A stretch of 63,667 nucleotides of DNA, counting the filler, from Reticulomyxa filosa (Eukaryota > Protista > Foraminifera), in assembly GCA_000512085.1 (NCBI GenBank). It is 25 parts of 25 records of this genome, joined end to end, with 100 filler letters (N's around TTAATTAATTAA, not from the genome) between each part and the next. Parts side by side here need not be neighbours in the genome. Positions count along the whole stretch, not along the records: positions 32,294 to 38,262 come from ASPP01011080.1; positions 38,363 to 41,003 come from ASPP01011840.1; positions 41,104 to 42,361 come from ASPP01002957.1; positions 42,462 to 43,708 come from ASPP01003515.1; positions 43,809 to 52,620 come from ASPP01028375.1; 20 more parts are not named here. One strand, given 5' to 3'. The translations under genes were made by a program, and so were the position numbers. The notes under the pieces were generated by a model. It ran no database searches and had not been told where the DNA came from. It saw only the letters and a program-made list of their open reading frames with translations. Positions 35,586-47,516 of the stretch are shown piece by piece (positions within the stretch are counted from its first letter, which is position 1; every line of letters begins with the position of its first letter).

Positions 35586-38050
35586 TTATTTCATAAATGC
35601 ATCGTCAATCCAATCTGCAATCAAGTGGATGGCATGGTTGACATCAGGCAAGATGTAATTGAAATTCAAAAACGCATGAGGCGCAAATTCGTATCGCTTC
35701 AATCGCACATCTCTTCCAACATTGGACAATCGATGAGCAAAATCCACAGCTTTCAAATTTTGTATTTGTATATATATTTTTTCCCCCTTCTCAAAGATGG
35801 AAACAAAAAAGGAATATACTCTAACTAACCATCATCCAAGAAAGGATCCAATCCTCCCACAACGATTGAAGTTGGCGGAAAGGAAGACAATAAATAATCT
35901 GGTGCAGCACTCAAAGGTGAAACCAAAAAGTCATGTTCATCATCGTTGTTCGCTTGTAAGTACATTTTACGACATCTCTGAATCAAACGCATAGGCACCA
36001 AGGGATCCATCATAAACAACAAGCGTGATGGTGTTGGTTCTTCACGCAAATTCAGTATTGGAGATGACAGTATTAGGGCATCAGGCACACGTCGACCAGA
36101 CTGAATCATTTTCAACACCATTGCAACAGCCAAGTTTCCACCACTGGAATCTCCCACAACTGCAATGCGATTGACATTGAATCCAAGCTTTCCTTCACAA
36201 ACAGCTTGATATGCCAAACAGCACTCTTGCAAAGCACAAGGCCAGCGAAAAGGTGTCAAGCTGTAGTCTACATCGACAACAGGAGCATCGGTCAACTTTG
36301 CCCATTGCGACAAGTATCGTTTTTTTTTTTTTTTTTTTTTGATTTATACGTTTCAATTGCAAACAGGCATACAAAAGAAGAAGACGAAAAAAGGAATGAC
36401 GATTGATTTACTTACCTCAAATCACTACTGCAAAAGTTTGCCATAAATCCACCCCCATGTATAAAAAAGATCAAACCACGTTCACTGGAATGGTTTCTAG
36501 ACGGTACATCGTCCACCAAGTGTATTGTGGCTTGTTTTGCTTTGTCCTTGGTTTGTTTGTTTCCTTTCTCTTCACTCACATCACTTCCTTCCGCAGACGA
36601 ATTCATCAGCAGATATTCGTCGTCCTGGCTGTTAAAATCGCCATCTTCTTCTTCTTCTTCTTCTTCTTCTTCGTCCTCATCGTCATCTTTATCTGCGTCC
36701 TTGTTTTCGTTTCTCTTTTGTTCCTCGTTCTTTGCTGGTTTGCTTTTTTCCTCTTTGTCATCGACTGTTTTGACTTCGACTTCTGTTTCATCAGGCAAAA
36801 TTCCTTGATGTAATGTGTCTGCAATGAAATCTTTTTGTTCCTTTCACATTTATTTATTTATACGTATGCGATCATTTTATTGAATGTCGAGTGAGTTAAT
36901 TATGTGCGTATACATATATCTGCATATGTAATACGTATATACACTTTATTTTTACTTTGATATTCAATTGTCTGCAGCTAAACACGAGTACTCTGACTTT
37001 GGAAATAGTTTGATTTGCGCTAGTGGAAGGAGCACTATTTTTAGCATCATTATAATTCAAAACATCGTCGGCGTCATCGTCATCTTCAGCTCCTCCGGAT
37101 TCTTCTTCGTCACCATCTTGGTTTTCATCCGCTTGCGTGTGGTCATGGGTCGACGACGTCCCCTTTTTTTCTCGCAGTTTCTTGCGAAGATATCCCGACC
37201 CGTGTTGGCTTTGCAACACATGGAAGTCGTCCCATTCAAAGGGTTGAATGTCTCGCACATCCCATTCCACGTATTTCGCCGTTACCAAAGCGGGCATGAT
37301 GCCCAGTCGTGGCATTATTCGCAATGCAACCCATCGAGCAAATCTAACGCAAGTTTATTATGTTTGAGCAATTGAGCAATTGCATGCACTCGACACAACC
37401 AACTTTCTTTGTATTGTGCATTTGTGTGTTCAACAAACCAAACTGAGAGTCCAAAAAGTCATAAAACAGTCGGATTATTCGAATATCCGGATCCGCCAAA
37501 AACTCGTTGGCTCGTCCAGCTGCTCGATGATAATTCAGTGTGTAATAGGTAAACATTGGCAATGCAAATATCCACAGACCAGTTCGAGCGCCAAACATCT
37601 AATTATATCATATGTGTGTTATTATATATGTTTGGTTTGTTCCTTTTTGTTTTGAGTTCTTTTAATGATATATCCCCTTAACAGAGTAGTAAAATTTGGA
37701 CGTTGCGTAAGTGACGTCCATGAATCTCTTCAACAATTGCAATCTGATAGTGGCGGAATACCAAAAGCAATGATCCATTTGTGCACTCGGAGGAACTTTT
37801 TCATTCACAAGGAAGGAGGAAGAAAACAATAGCACATAATAATTATAACAATACAAATATTTTTTTTTTTATTTATTTATTTATTTTTTTTATTTTTTTT
37901 TTAAAAAAAAAAAAGGATTAAATGAATAAATAATTTGCAATCACATAAAGACATACCATGTTTCAGCATCCATTGATAAATGCTCACTCCTCCACGTTTT
38001 TGCTTTGGTCCCATTTGCATCCTGTATTCCAGGGACAGATCCATCCGATT
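35586..38050 (-). CDS. Hormone-sensitive lipase family alpha/beta hydrolase, multi-exon, 5'-truncated
   Basis: IHGGGF, VDYSLTP, GDSSGGNL, DPFLDD and PHAF (Ser-Asp-His triad); last exon ends ..WIDDAFMK*. Confidence 0.92.
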
Positions 38051-38436
38051 CTATTATATGTGTGATAGAGTTGTGTGTATATATAAATGTATATATATAT
38101 ATATATATATTGTATAAACTAAGTATGCATGTGTGTGTGTGGTGTGTATTTGTTTCATTCTCTTTCGGGTTTTTTGGAAAGTAGTCAGAAGAAGGCGTTA
38201 TATGAATTGCTCATTGGAATATATACATATATATGTGTATATGTATATGTATATGTATATGTNNNNNNNNNNNNNNNNNNNNNNNNNNNNNNNNNNNNNN
38301 NNNNNNTTAATTAATTAANNNNNNNNNNNNNNNNNNNNNNNNNNNNNNNNNNNNNNNNNNNNTTTTTTCATGAAGAAAATCAATCATCTATATAAGGTGC
38401 CATTTTATGTGTCAACTTTACTTTGCATTCTGCTGT

Positions 38437-38540
38437 ATTTTTTAAAAAAATTATGTTTAAATCTTTATTTTCATGGAGAAAATCGATTCTCTTAATATAA
38501 TACCATTTAGCTATTGCAGTTTTTTCTGCAATGTACTGTA
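38437..38540 (-). mobile_element. Tc1/mariner-pogo-like terminus, copy 2
   Basis: Matches 26440-26546 and ends at TACTG|TA; internal palindrome ATTGCAG-T6-CTGCAAT. Confidence 0.6.
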
Positions 38541-38562
38541 TTATTATTGTCACTAGTATCTA

Positions 38563-39342
38563 TTATTTCATACTTAATCTTTTCTTCAATATTATATTTA
38601 CTTTTGCTAGTGCAAGCGTGTTTGTATGTATTATTTTTGTCCTTTTGGTTGGAGGCTTTGCCTTTTTTTCTTCATGAATCGTTCTTAATGTAGATAACAT
38701 TAAGGATTTTTCAATACTTTCACCCAATTTTTTTTTTCTTTTTGTATTTTTAATTCTTTGATTTGTCCTTTGTTGGCTACCTTGTGAACTCACATCTTGC
38801 GAATTTTCATCTTGCAAATTTTCGCTTGCACAGTCACTGTCGCTTTCGTTTTCTTCTTCGTATCCCTTCTTCTTATCTTTTGGAATAATGAAACCGAATG
38901 TATTTAGTTTCACTTTTTCATCAACTTCTATACCAAGTTTTTCGATCTCATCACATTTGCCAAAACGAATGCCATTTAAAATATCATCCCATGGATACTT
39001 TGAAAAATCTCTTTTCAAATTCTCCAAACGTCTATCAGTCAATATCTTTGGTTGAATTCAAATCTTTATGCAATCCTTACCTCTACAAACTTTCATGCGT
39101 TTACTAACAACAGTGAAGTTCCACATTTGAAAAGTCAACCCATTTCTATTATTGAGTACCTCCAGGTAGTAAGGACAAAAAAACAAAGTAATATTGTCAA
39201 CTATAGTAAATATCTGATCAAAATATCGTTGCTCAATCGGACCAGAATAGCCTGGAGATCTAGATCTAACAGCAGTCATTTTAAAAACGATTCTAAACAT
39301 GAGTTTCTGTGCCTTACGAAGCTTTGGCCAAACACAAAACAT
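38563..39342 (-). pseudogene. Homolog of the retroelement ORF1-like domain of 17180-17730, with one in-frame TGA (39058-39060)
   Basis: MWNFTVVSKRMKVCRGKDCIKI*IQPKILTDRRLENLKRDFSKYPWDDI versus MWNFQRQTQGLKIGRECESTRVQLQPKLIMRPAIATKLARDFAKYDWNKI. Confidence 0.65.
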
Positions 39343-40340
39343 AAAAAATTGCAGGAGTCATTACATCATTTAATTTATCGTTTTGCATAGCACATGAATC
39401 GAAAATAAGTAAAGAATTTTTTAAAATTTGTGAATGCTGAGCAAGATAGCTGCATAATAAAATAAGCGTTTTAGTTTGCATGTTGTGTAATAGCAAACAA
39501 AATTGCTGCAAGTTTTTTAATCGACACAGTCGTGTTAAAATTGAATTAGTAAAGCTATAAAATTTTTTCGCAGTAACAAAAGTATGTTTTATGAAATATC
39601 TATCATTGCATTTTAGAAATGTTATGACTGTACGTCTATGAAGTGACTTTTTTTTTACACTTGTGTCCAAGAATATAATAGTTTTAAATTATTTTTTCTG
39701 CTAAAGAAAAAATAATGAGTAAACAGATAAGTTTTGTGAAACACCGGTTTACACATAATTTCAGTTTTTACTATTTTGTTATATCATAATGTAACAATTT
39801 TTTCAAATTACACAGAAAATAATTTTATTTAATTTTGTTTTGTATTGTCTTGCAATGTATTTAATAGTTTCCATTAGCACTAGCTCTAATTATCCTAATA
39901 ATAGCAAAAAAACAAATAAAACACTATAATTGCTCAATACGTTTAACAATTGTTTGGAAACAATTAAATATGATTTGACATACAAATTAATAACATCAAT
40001 TTTATTAATATTTCATAACATTGGGTTTTGTTAGTTGTTATAAACGTTTTTAAAATTTAATTAAACTGTTTCGTTCTATTTAGTCACGCAGTTTTATCAA
40101 ATTTTTTTATACTTATAAATCAATAACTAACTCATTAACTTACTTTCCTTAAAACAAATCTAACTTTCTTGAAATTGGACACTGTATAGCGAGAAAAAGA
40201 CACAGCGTGGCCTAAATGAAATAAAAGATTAACACTGGTGATTCCTACAGCTGTCTGAGCTGGATAACGACAGCTCTCGGGGCTGTGAAAGTGTCGTTCA
40301 ATGAAAAAGAATTAGAACCGTGCTTAATAAATATTAAAAA

Positions 40341-41003
40341 ATGGCAACGAGGCATCATAAAAAGTTTTGCATAATTTAACCTTCGTTATGATGAATTGGA
40401 TTGAAATAATTGTTTGTTTGCTGTTGAACTGGAAAATAGAAAAGGGTATAAAGCATTTGACCCTTTTTGTACAGACAAAGTACGAGTGGCGTTATACAAC
40501 CGAGACAGTGGTCCACACCGAGGACGACTTGTGCTTGGGAAGACTTACCTGGCAGGATTAGATAACAAATGTTTCAGTCGAACCGGACGAATGAAAAGAG
40601 GTTATCATAACGTCCCACCAGACATTGAAAAAGAGTTTGAGCGGGAGAAGAGAGATTTAGAAAAAATCCAAGAAATGTTTCTGTTAAAAGATGACGCAAA
40701 AGCAATAAAGAAAAGACCAAGCAGAGACGATGACGATATAGATAGTGGTAATGACAGATCAAAAAAAAAAGCGAAAAAAGAGAAAGCAAAGACTAACACA
40801 AAGACAAATGGTAAGACTGCGCAAGGCATCACACCACGGTCGAGCAAAGCTGATTCAGCGAACGGTAATTCGCAAAAAAATGGTGTACACATAAAACTGA
40901 AAAATTCAAAGGGCACACCAACTTTGGCCAAAAAGTTGGAAACAAAAATCGACCAGTTAAAAAAAAAAAAAAAAAAGGGGTTACTTCCCCTCTTTTTTTT
41001 TTT
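40341..41003 (+). CDS. Orphan intronless ORF with a Lys-rich tail; 5' end disrupted
   Basis: About 195 codons open from 40414 to the contig end; no recognised domain. Confidence 0.4.
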
Positions 41004-41686
41004 NNNNNNNNNNNNNNNNNNNNNNNNNNNNNNNNNNNNNNNNNNNNTTAATTAATTAANNNNNNNNNNNNNNNNNNNNNNNNNNNNNNNNNNNNNNNNN
41101 NNNGTTTTAGGCGTTCAGTTTTCTTTGCAACATACTGTATTTGAATAATGATAAACTAATTTTTACACAATAACTGGTATGTCTTTTTAATTTCAATAAC
41201 ACAAACAAATAATTAATGACATCATTCAGAACTATTTTGGTATATATTTGTGTTTTGGCTATAGTTTACAATATGGTACTATTTGTTTTTGAAGTAGTGA
41301 TGTTTTTTTAACAAAAAAAAAAATTATGCTGATTACAAAATATATTTTTCAATCATTCTCTTGTCTGATTAGACATTCTATTGCAAATGTAAACTTTTTG
41401 CAATTTAAATAAGTCATATTTATTTGATGAAATAGTACATTTTATCTTTAGCATTTCTTAGTGGAACGAAGTAATTTTATTTGCAAAACAGTGTGGCGCA
41501 ACGTAATCATGATAAAAACGAATTGGAATCTCTCTTTGCATTTTATTATTGTAACGAATCTTTTTTAAGATAACTAAAAAGTTTATTTTTCTAAACAAAA
41601 GTAATTATTTTCTTTATAAAATCAACAAACTTTTTGTTTGGTTCACACTTATCATTTTTTTTTTGTTCAACTCCTTTCCCTAAAAA

Positions 41687-42331
41687 ATGATGCTTTTGAA
41701 TGTTGAAAGTGAAGAAAAAAAGTCGGAAAACCAAAAAGAAACCTTTTCCCTTTCTGGTTGTTTCCCTAAAGAGTGGGTATCGTTGACAAATGAACCAGAA
41801 AGATTGGAGACTTTAACTTGCTGTCTTTGCAATCAAATTGTAAATAATGGAATGGAATTATGTTGTGATGAACATGAGAATGTAGATCAAGTTTATTTGA
41901 TAGGAGAAGAATGTTTACAAAAATATTTGAAACAAAACAATGGAAAATGTCCAATTGAACAACATGATCATTGCAAATTTTCGCAAAGTAGAATTGTGAG
42001 AAAATTTGCATCTGAATTATTGGTAATCTGTCCTCGACAATTTGATTTGAAAAAAAGACAATTGAATGAAGAAATGAAATCAAGAGAAGAAGAAGAAGAG
42101 AATGACACTGAATTAATTTCAAAAAGTAATTGCAATTTCAAAGGAAAAATAAAAGACATGAAAGATCATTTGGATAGATCATGTAATTTGATTCCAATTA
42201 AACAAATTATTCCATCAGAAATTGTAAATGAATTGAATGTAATGAATAAACAAATTCAAGATTTACAATCACAAATCAAAATTATGAAAGAGAATGACAA
42301 TAAAAAAAATAAACAAATTGAACAAATCAAT
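41687..42331 (+). CDS. RING-like + TRAF-type zinc finger + coiled-coil protein, first exon
   Basis: CCLCNQIV..C.EH..CLQKYL....KCP; VICP..CNFKGKIKDMKDHLDRSC; intron donor at 42332. Confidence 0.88.
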
Positions 42332-44095
42332 GTAAACAATTTTATTTAATTATTTTTTTTTNNNNNNNNNNNNNNNNNNNNNNNNNNNNNNNNNNNNNNN
42401 NNNNNTTAATTAATTAANNNNNNNNNNNNNNNNNNNNNNNNNNNNNNNNNNNNNNNNNNNNAATATTAAACTGGCATTATAAGTTGTGGCATTTTTTTTT
42501 TTGCAAAATTGGTGTACTTTTTGTATTATAATAACGTCTTTGCTACTCGATCTTCGAGAAAATTTATTCAGTATTCAATTGCTCTACTACCTACATGATG
42601 GCAAGAAGATACTACTCCAAGTCTTTTTTTGCCAAGAATTCTTATTTTGAACAGTCGACACTTACGCGTGGCTCTTTTGGAGTACTTGATAAAATCGAAC
42701 TATCTAATGTTTTGTTTTATTTTTTCTTGGCACCAATTCTAAACAATATAAATCATTAATTCCAGTTGTCAAAGACACAAGTAAAAAACCAAACGAATCT
42801 ATCCACATATTTTCGACTTTCTTTTAGATTTAAAATTTTAAAATTCAGAAATTTTTTACGATGATGGGAAAGATATCAGATGAGCTGGAGGAAGTCGTTG
42901 AAATTATTTAAAAAAAAGGGAAACTTAATCCACACAAAAAGACAGAGATTTTTAATCAAAAATTTGAAGCAAGTGTTAAATACTTGCAATTGAATGTGCC
43001 ACCAACTTGGCGTTTGAATTTTGCTGGCACCACAACCACCACTTTCGATTGTTCGATTCCTTTCAATCAATCATGGGACATTACACGATATGGATCTTCG
43101 ATTTTTTTTCAAATTCGCCATTCAAAGCGCAATACCACCCATATTCGATACAAGCCATTGCTATCATTATTGCCATCATTGCTGGGACTAGCTACAGCAC
43201 CAATAGCAACATAAACAGCAACGACTTGCCCATTCGCAATCCAAAATTCATGTAATGTACGTCCATTTCCACTTGAACACCTTTCAATATCTATTCAAAA
43301 ATTTCAAACAACGCATACCACGTACATATAAATAAATAATCAATACACGTATAAAGATGTTATGTACACAAAACAAAACTTTTTCAAGCAATGGACCCAA
43401 TCACAATTATAGCGTCAGCAGGAAAGAGAACAGGCGCACGAATAACAACAATTCCTTGGGTCCTTGGGTCCTGTGTCAAATGCGCGCTTTGATTTCAATG
43501 ATACTTCTTTCATCAAGTATTCCGTTATTTTGCACGATTGATTGGACTTGAAGGACGCTTGTATCATTGAAAAGTTCGTCCCCTGGAGCTACCATTTTGG
43601 GTGGCGGTTTTGTCGATAGCAGACCCTTCCGTTTTTCGAACCCGAGTGATGCGGTTTTTGATAACCGAACAATTTGTAGCAATAGCAACGACGTCTTTGG
43701 AGGGGGGGNNNNNNNNNNNNNNNNNNNNNNNNNNNNNNNNNNNNNNNNNNNNTTAATTAATTAANNNNNNNNNNNNNNNNNNNNNNNNNNNNNNNNNNNN
43801 NNNNNNNNAAAAAAAAATATTTAGAACAATGTCAAAAGTGGTAATCAAGTGCCATTAACTTTGACAATTGGAAAATGTGAAAGATTGAAAATCGTTTAAA
43901 TGGTGAAACAATATTTACAAAATAAAAAATCCAAAATTCCTCACTTAACTGCGAGGTCTTTCTTTTCGAACAAAAAGGATAGAAAGTGAGAATGTTGTGT
44001 ATTGATTATTATCTCAAATGAGATTATTTCACTCTATCAATGCATCATTCTTCAGGTAATCATTTTTGATGCCAGACTCGATAATATTTTTATTT

Positions 44096-44314
44096 AAGCT
44101 GCGCTTTGTCGCGGCTTCCCAAGTATTCTAATGTATTTTATTTTGTTTCATTTTTTAATTTAAAATTGTAAAATTATTAAATTATAATATTTTTAAAAAA
44201 TATTTTCTACATAAAATTACATCATTTGCATTCATAAATAATAAAGTTATCACTTATGTATTTGAAATAAAATAATAAGTGAGCTGATTTAAGAGCGCCC
44301 GAAAGGGGCCTAGT
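44096..44314 (+). mobile_element. Two candidate Helitron-like 3' termini (GC hairpin + CTRR|T)
   Basis: AAGCTGCG-ctttgt-CGCGGCTT, 10 nt, CTAA|T (44096-44132); GCCC-GAAA-GGGGC-CTAG|T (44297-44314). Confidence 0.4.
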
Positions 44315-45095
44315 TACATATTTTTTTTTTTTTCTGGCATGTTTTTCTGAGTAACAAAAGTTTAGTTGCCTTTTTTGGTCCTTGAAACGAGAAAACTATT
44401 TGAAGCATAACATTAGTTAGAGTGCTTTGTCATTATTTGTTTTGAGCTGACCGGTACTTCTTTTAAATGAACTTCAATGAGAACAAATATTGTAAGTAAA
44501 ATTAAATTTGTTTTGATTTGTGGAAATACACTTTTGTATTTATTTATTTATTTTTCGTTCAATAACAGATAAACAATACGAAATAAAGAAACAAATATTG
44601 ATTGACATGATGTTGGATAGTGTCTCTTTTATCACAAGTTGAAAGTGATTTCTTTGTCTTATCTGTCCTTGTGTTGTGTTTTTTTTTGTTATGTTAATTA
44701 CATTGTAAATTTTTTTTGATTTGATATTGTTTGCAATAACTTCTTGCATCTCTTGAAGCTGTCAAGAGTCACAGCTGTAATCTATCTGATAAAAAAAGGG
44801 GTTGCTACGTATCTATCACACGAGTGGCCGCAAAGTCATGTTTCTTATTTCGAATACAGTATCCAATTTAAAATTTTGAACAACCAATTGGATTTTATAA
44901 AATTTTTAAAGTGTGTATGTTTTCATCAAAAAAGAGGCATTTTCGTAAAGAAATTGAAAAGAAGTTTCTAAAGTTGAAAAAGGCTTGCTTTTTTTTTTGG
45001 AACAAAAAAACACTAGTCTTAAAAAAACAAGCAGTTTGCTTTATTTTTTGCCGAACAAATAAATCGTTGACTACCTTTAGTAAGGAGAAGTGAAA

Positions 45096-46280
45096 ATGTC
45101 AAGTGGAGCGCCAAATCGAGGTTAAAAGTGGTTTGTTTGTTGCTCAACTTTGGTAGTAAAAAAAAAAAAGATCATATGCACATTTAAAAGAAAATCAATA
45201 ATATCCATTAAAAAAAAAGATCCATCAACACTGTCCAGATGGATATTGAAAGAACAACAAAAATATCCGAAAGCAAAAGGTGATTTAACAGTGTTATTGA
45301 ATTCAGTTCAACTCGCTTGTAAAATAATAGCAAATGCAGCAAAAGGCGCAGGGATATATAATTTATACGGAATAACGGGAGAAGAAAATAAATCAGGAGA
45401 TATAGTAAAGAAATTGGACACATTCTCAAATGAGTCAATGATAAACTGTATATCATTTACAGGAACTGTGCCAATAATGGCAAGTGAAGAAGCAGAAAAT
45501 TCAATCATTGTACCGAATTGTGACCAACCAAAATATTGTGTTGTATTTGATCCTTTGGATGGCAGTTCAAACATTGATGCAAACGTATCAATTGGAACAA
45601 TTTTTGGAATTTATAGAATTGAAGACCCAAAAAAGCCACAAGATTCTGATTTATTACAAAAAGGTGAAAAATTAGTTTGTTCTGGTTATGCCATGTATGG
45701 TCATTCCACCATGTTAGTATTAACTTTTGGTGATGAGGTTAATGGATTCACTTTGGATCCTCAAATTGGTGAATTCATATTAACTCATCGTCGTATTCAA
45801 ATCCCCGAAAAGGGTTCTATTTATAGTATTAATGAGGGTAATGCAAAAGATTTCGATAAAGTTGTTACCACATTTATTCATCGATGCAAAAACCCTACAG
45901 TTATATACATATATACATATATACATATATGCATATATAAATATATGCATGTATAATAAATGAACTACTCATCACAGAAAGGATCACCTAAAAAAGCTCG
46001 CTATATTGGATCCATGGTCGCTGATATTCATAGAACTCTACTGTATGGTGGCATTTTTATGTATCCTGCTACCAAAGACAGTCCCAATGGCAAATTACGC
46101 TTGTTATATGAATTAAATCCTTTGGCTTTCATTGTCGAAGCTGCTGGTGGTAAGGCTTCCACTGGCTCTGCTCCTATCTTATCTTTACAGCCCACTTCTT
46201 TACATCAAAGACAACCCTGCTTCTTTGGCAGTAAAGCTGATGTTGAAGAAATTGAAGCTTTGTATGCCAGTACCACGTGA
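45096..46280 (+). CDS. FBP1: Fructose-1,6-bisphosphatase class I, complete; exons 45096-45120, 45220-45899, 45978-46280
   Basis: [38 protein letters not shown] and KLRLLYE motifs; both introns are GT-AG and frame-consistent. Confidence 0.97.
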
Positions 46281-47516
46281 TTCCTTTTTTTAATGCTTGC
46301 CTCTTTTTTTGGCATAGCCTTTTAAAACGTATGAAAGATGATGGCATGTTTTGTTTTTTTCATCATTTTCCACGGTATGCAGGCCTATACGAATGGATTC
46401 TGCATTAAACTCGTTTTTTCGCGTGGATAGAAATGTTTATTCTTGACAAAAGGTTTCATTTTTGTTATGAAAATCTAAGAATGAGCATAAAAAATAAAAG
46501 TTTTTTTTATATTGAAAACATTTGTTTTTAAAAGAATCAAAAATCAATTCTAAATGAAAAAAGAACCAAATCAAGTGTTTTTTTTAGAGACAGAATTGAG
46601 AAATTGGACCACAACGCTCTGTGACGTTGAGAGTTTTTAATGAACACAACATTTCCTTCGTAATCCATAAAACAGGGCTTACTTTGGAAACTCAATGTGC
46701 CTTTTTCCTTGTTATTCACATCGTTATCGCTTTAAAAAATCAGAACTATGTTCTGTAAGACATAAATACGCATACTACTAAGCGTACAAACTCAAAAGTA
46801 CGATATGCGAAAATGCGCGCCTTTTTATTACGCAAAACAACTCCTGCAAATAACCTAGTAATAAGACTTGTGACATTTTTGGTACTTGAAAATTTTACTA
46901 TTCATATCAGAAACAGACAAATGATCAACAACTTGATGTTATGCACTCAATCACAAGCCATGTTGCTTGCAAAAAGTATCAGTTCGAATTGATAACATTT
47001 ACAAGACAGAGCTCAAACAATTAACTGCACAATGTGTGATGTTGTTAGTCACGTTATCGTTCAAAAAGAATTTTTTGAGTTAATGACTTATTATTCACTC
47101 AGCAGCTTTTTTCCATTCTTATTGTACTGTATGTTCTCTGAAGAAAGAAGTACGCTACATTTTTCTTTTCAAAAGTTGTTTTACGACCATTTTTGCAGAA
47201 AAGCAAAGTTAAAAAAATGGAACTACACACAGTCACGGACCCTTGGTTAAATTAAATCAGTAAAAATTCTGTTTGTTTTGTAATACATGCTTGAATTAAT
47301 AAAACTGTATCATATAACGAATGAGGGACTACCCAATTCAAAGGTTTTATGCAATTATTGTATTACAGATTAAATGATGTATTGCTCTTGCTTGTACGAG
47401 CACAATTTAGCGTCTTGTATTAAAAGAAAATGCAAACGAGTTAAAAGTAGCAGAGCTTTTTCTCGCACAGCAGAACTTCTCCCCCTTCTTTCGCCTCAAT
47501 CACAAAAACGACACCT

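Noticed and set aside
18520-39060. Alternative genetic code (stop-codon reassignment) to explain in-frame stops
   Set aside because: Intact genes end in TAA or TGA and have no internal stops; internal stops occur only in decayed copies, mostly alongside frameshifts
39657-40186. Possible MITE bounded by TACACTTGTGTCCAA and TTGGACACTGTA
   Set aside because: Only an 8-bp core is shared between the putative TIRs; too weak to call
42876-43708. Minus-strand multi-exon gene fragment
   Set aside because: No consistent frame or recognisable motif
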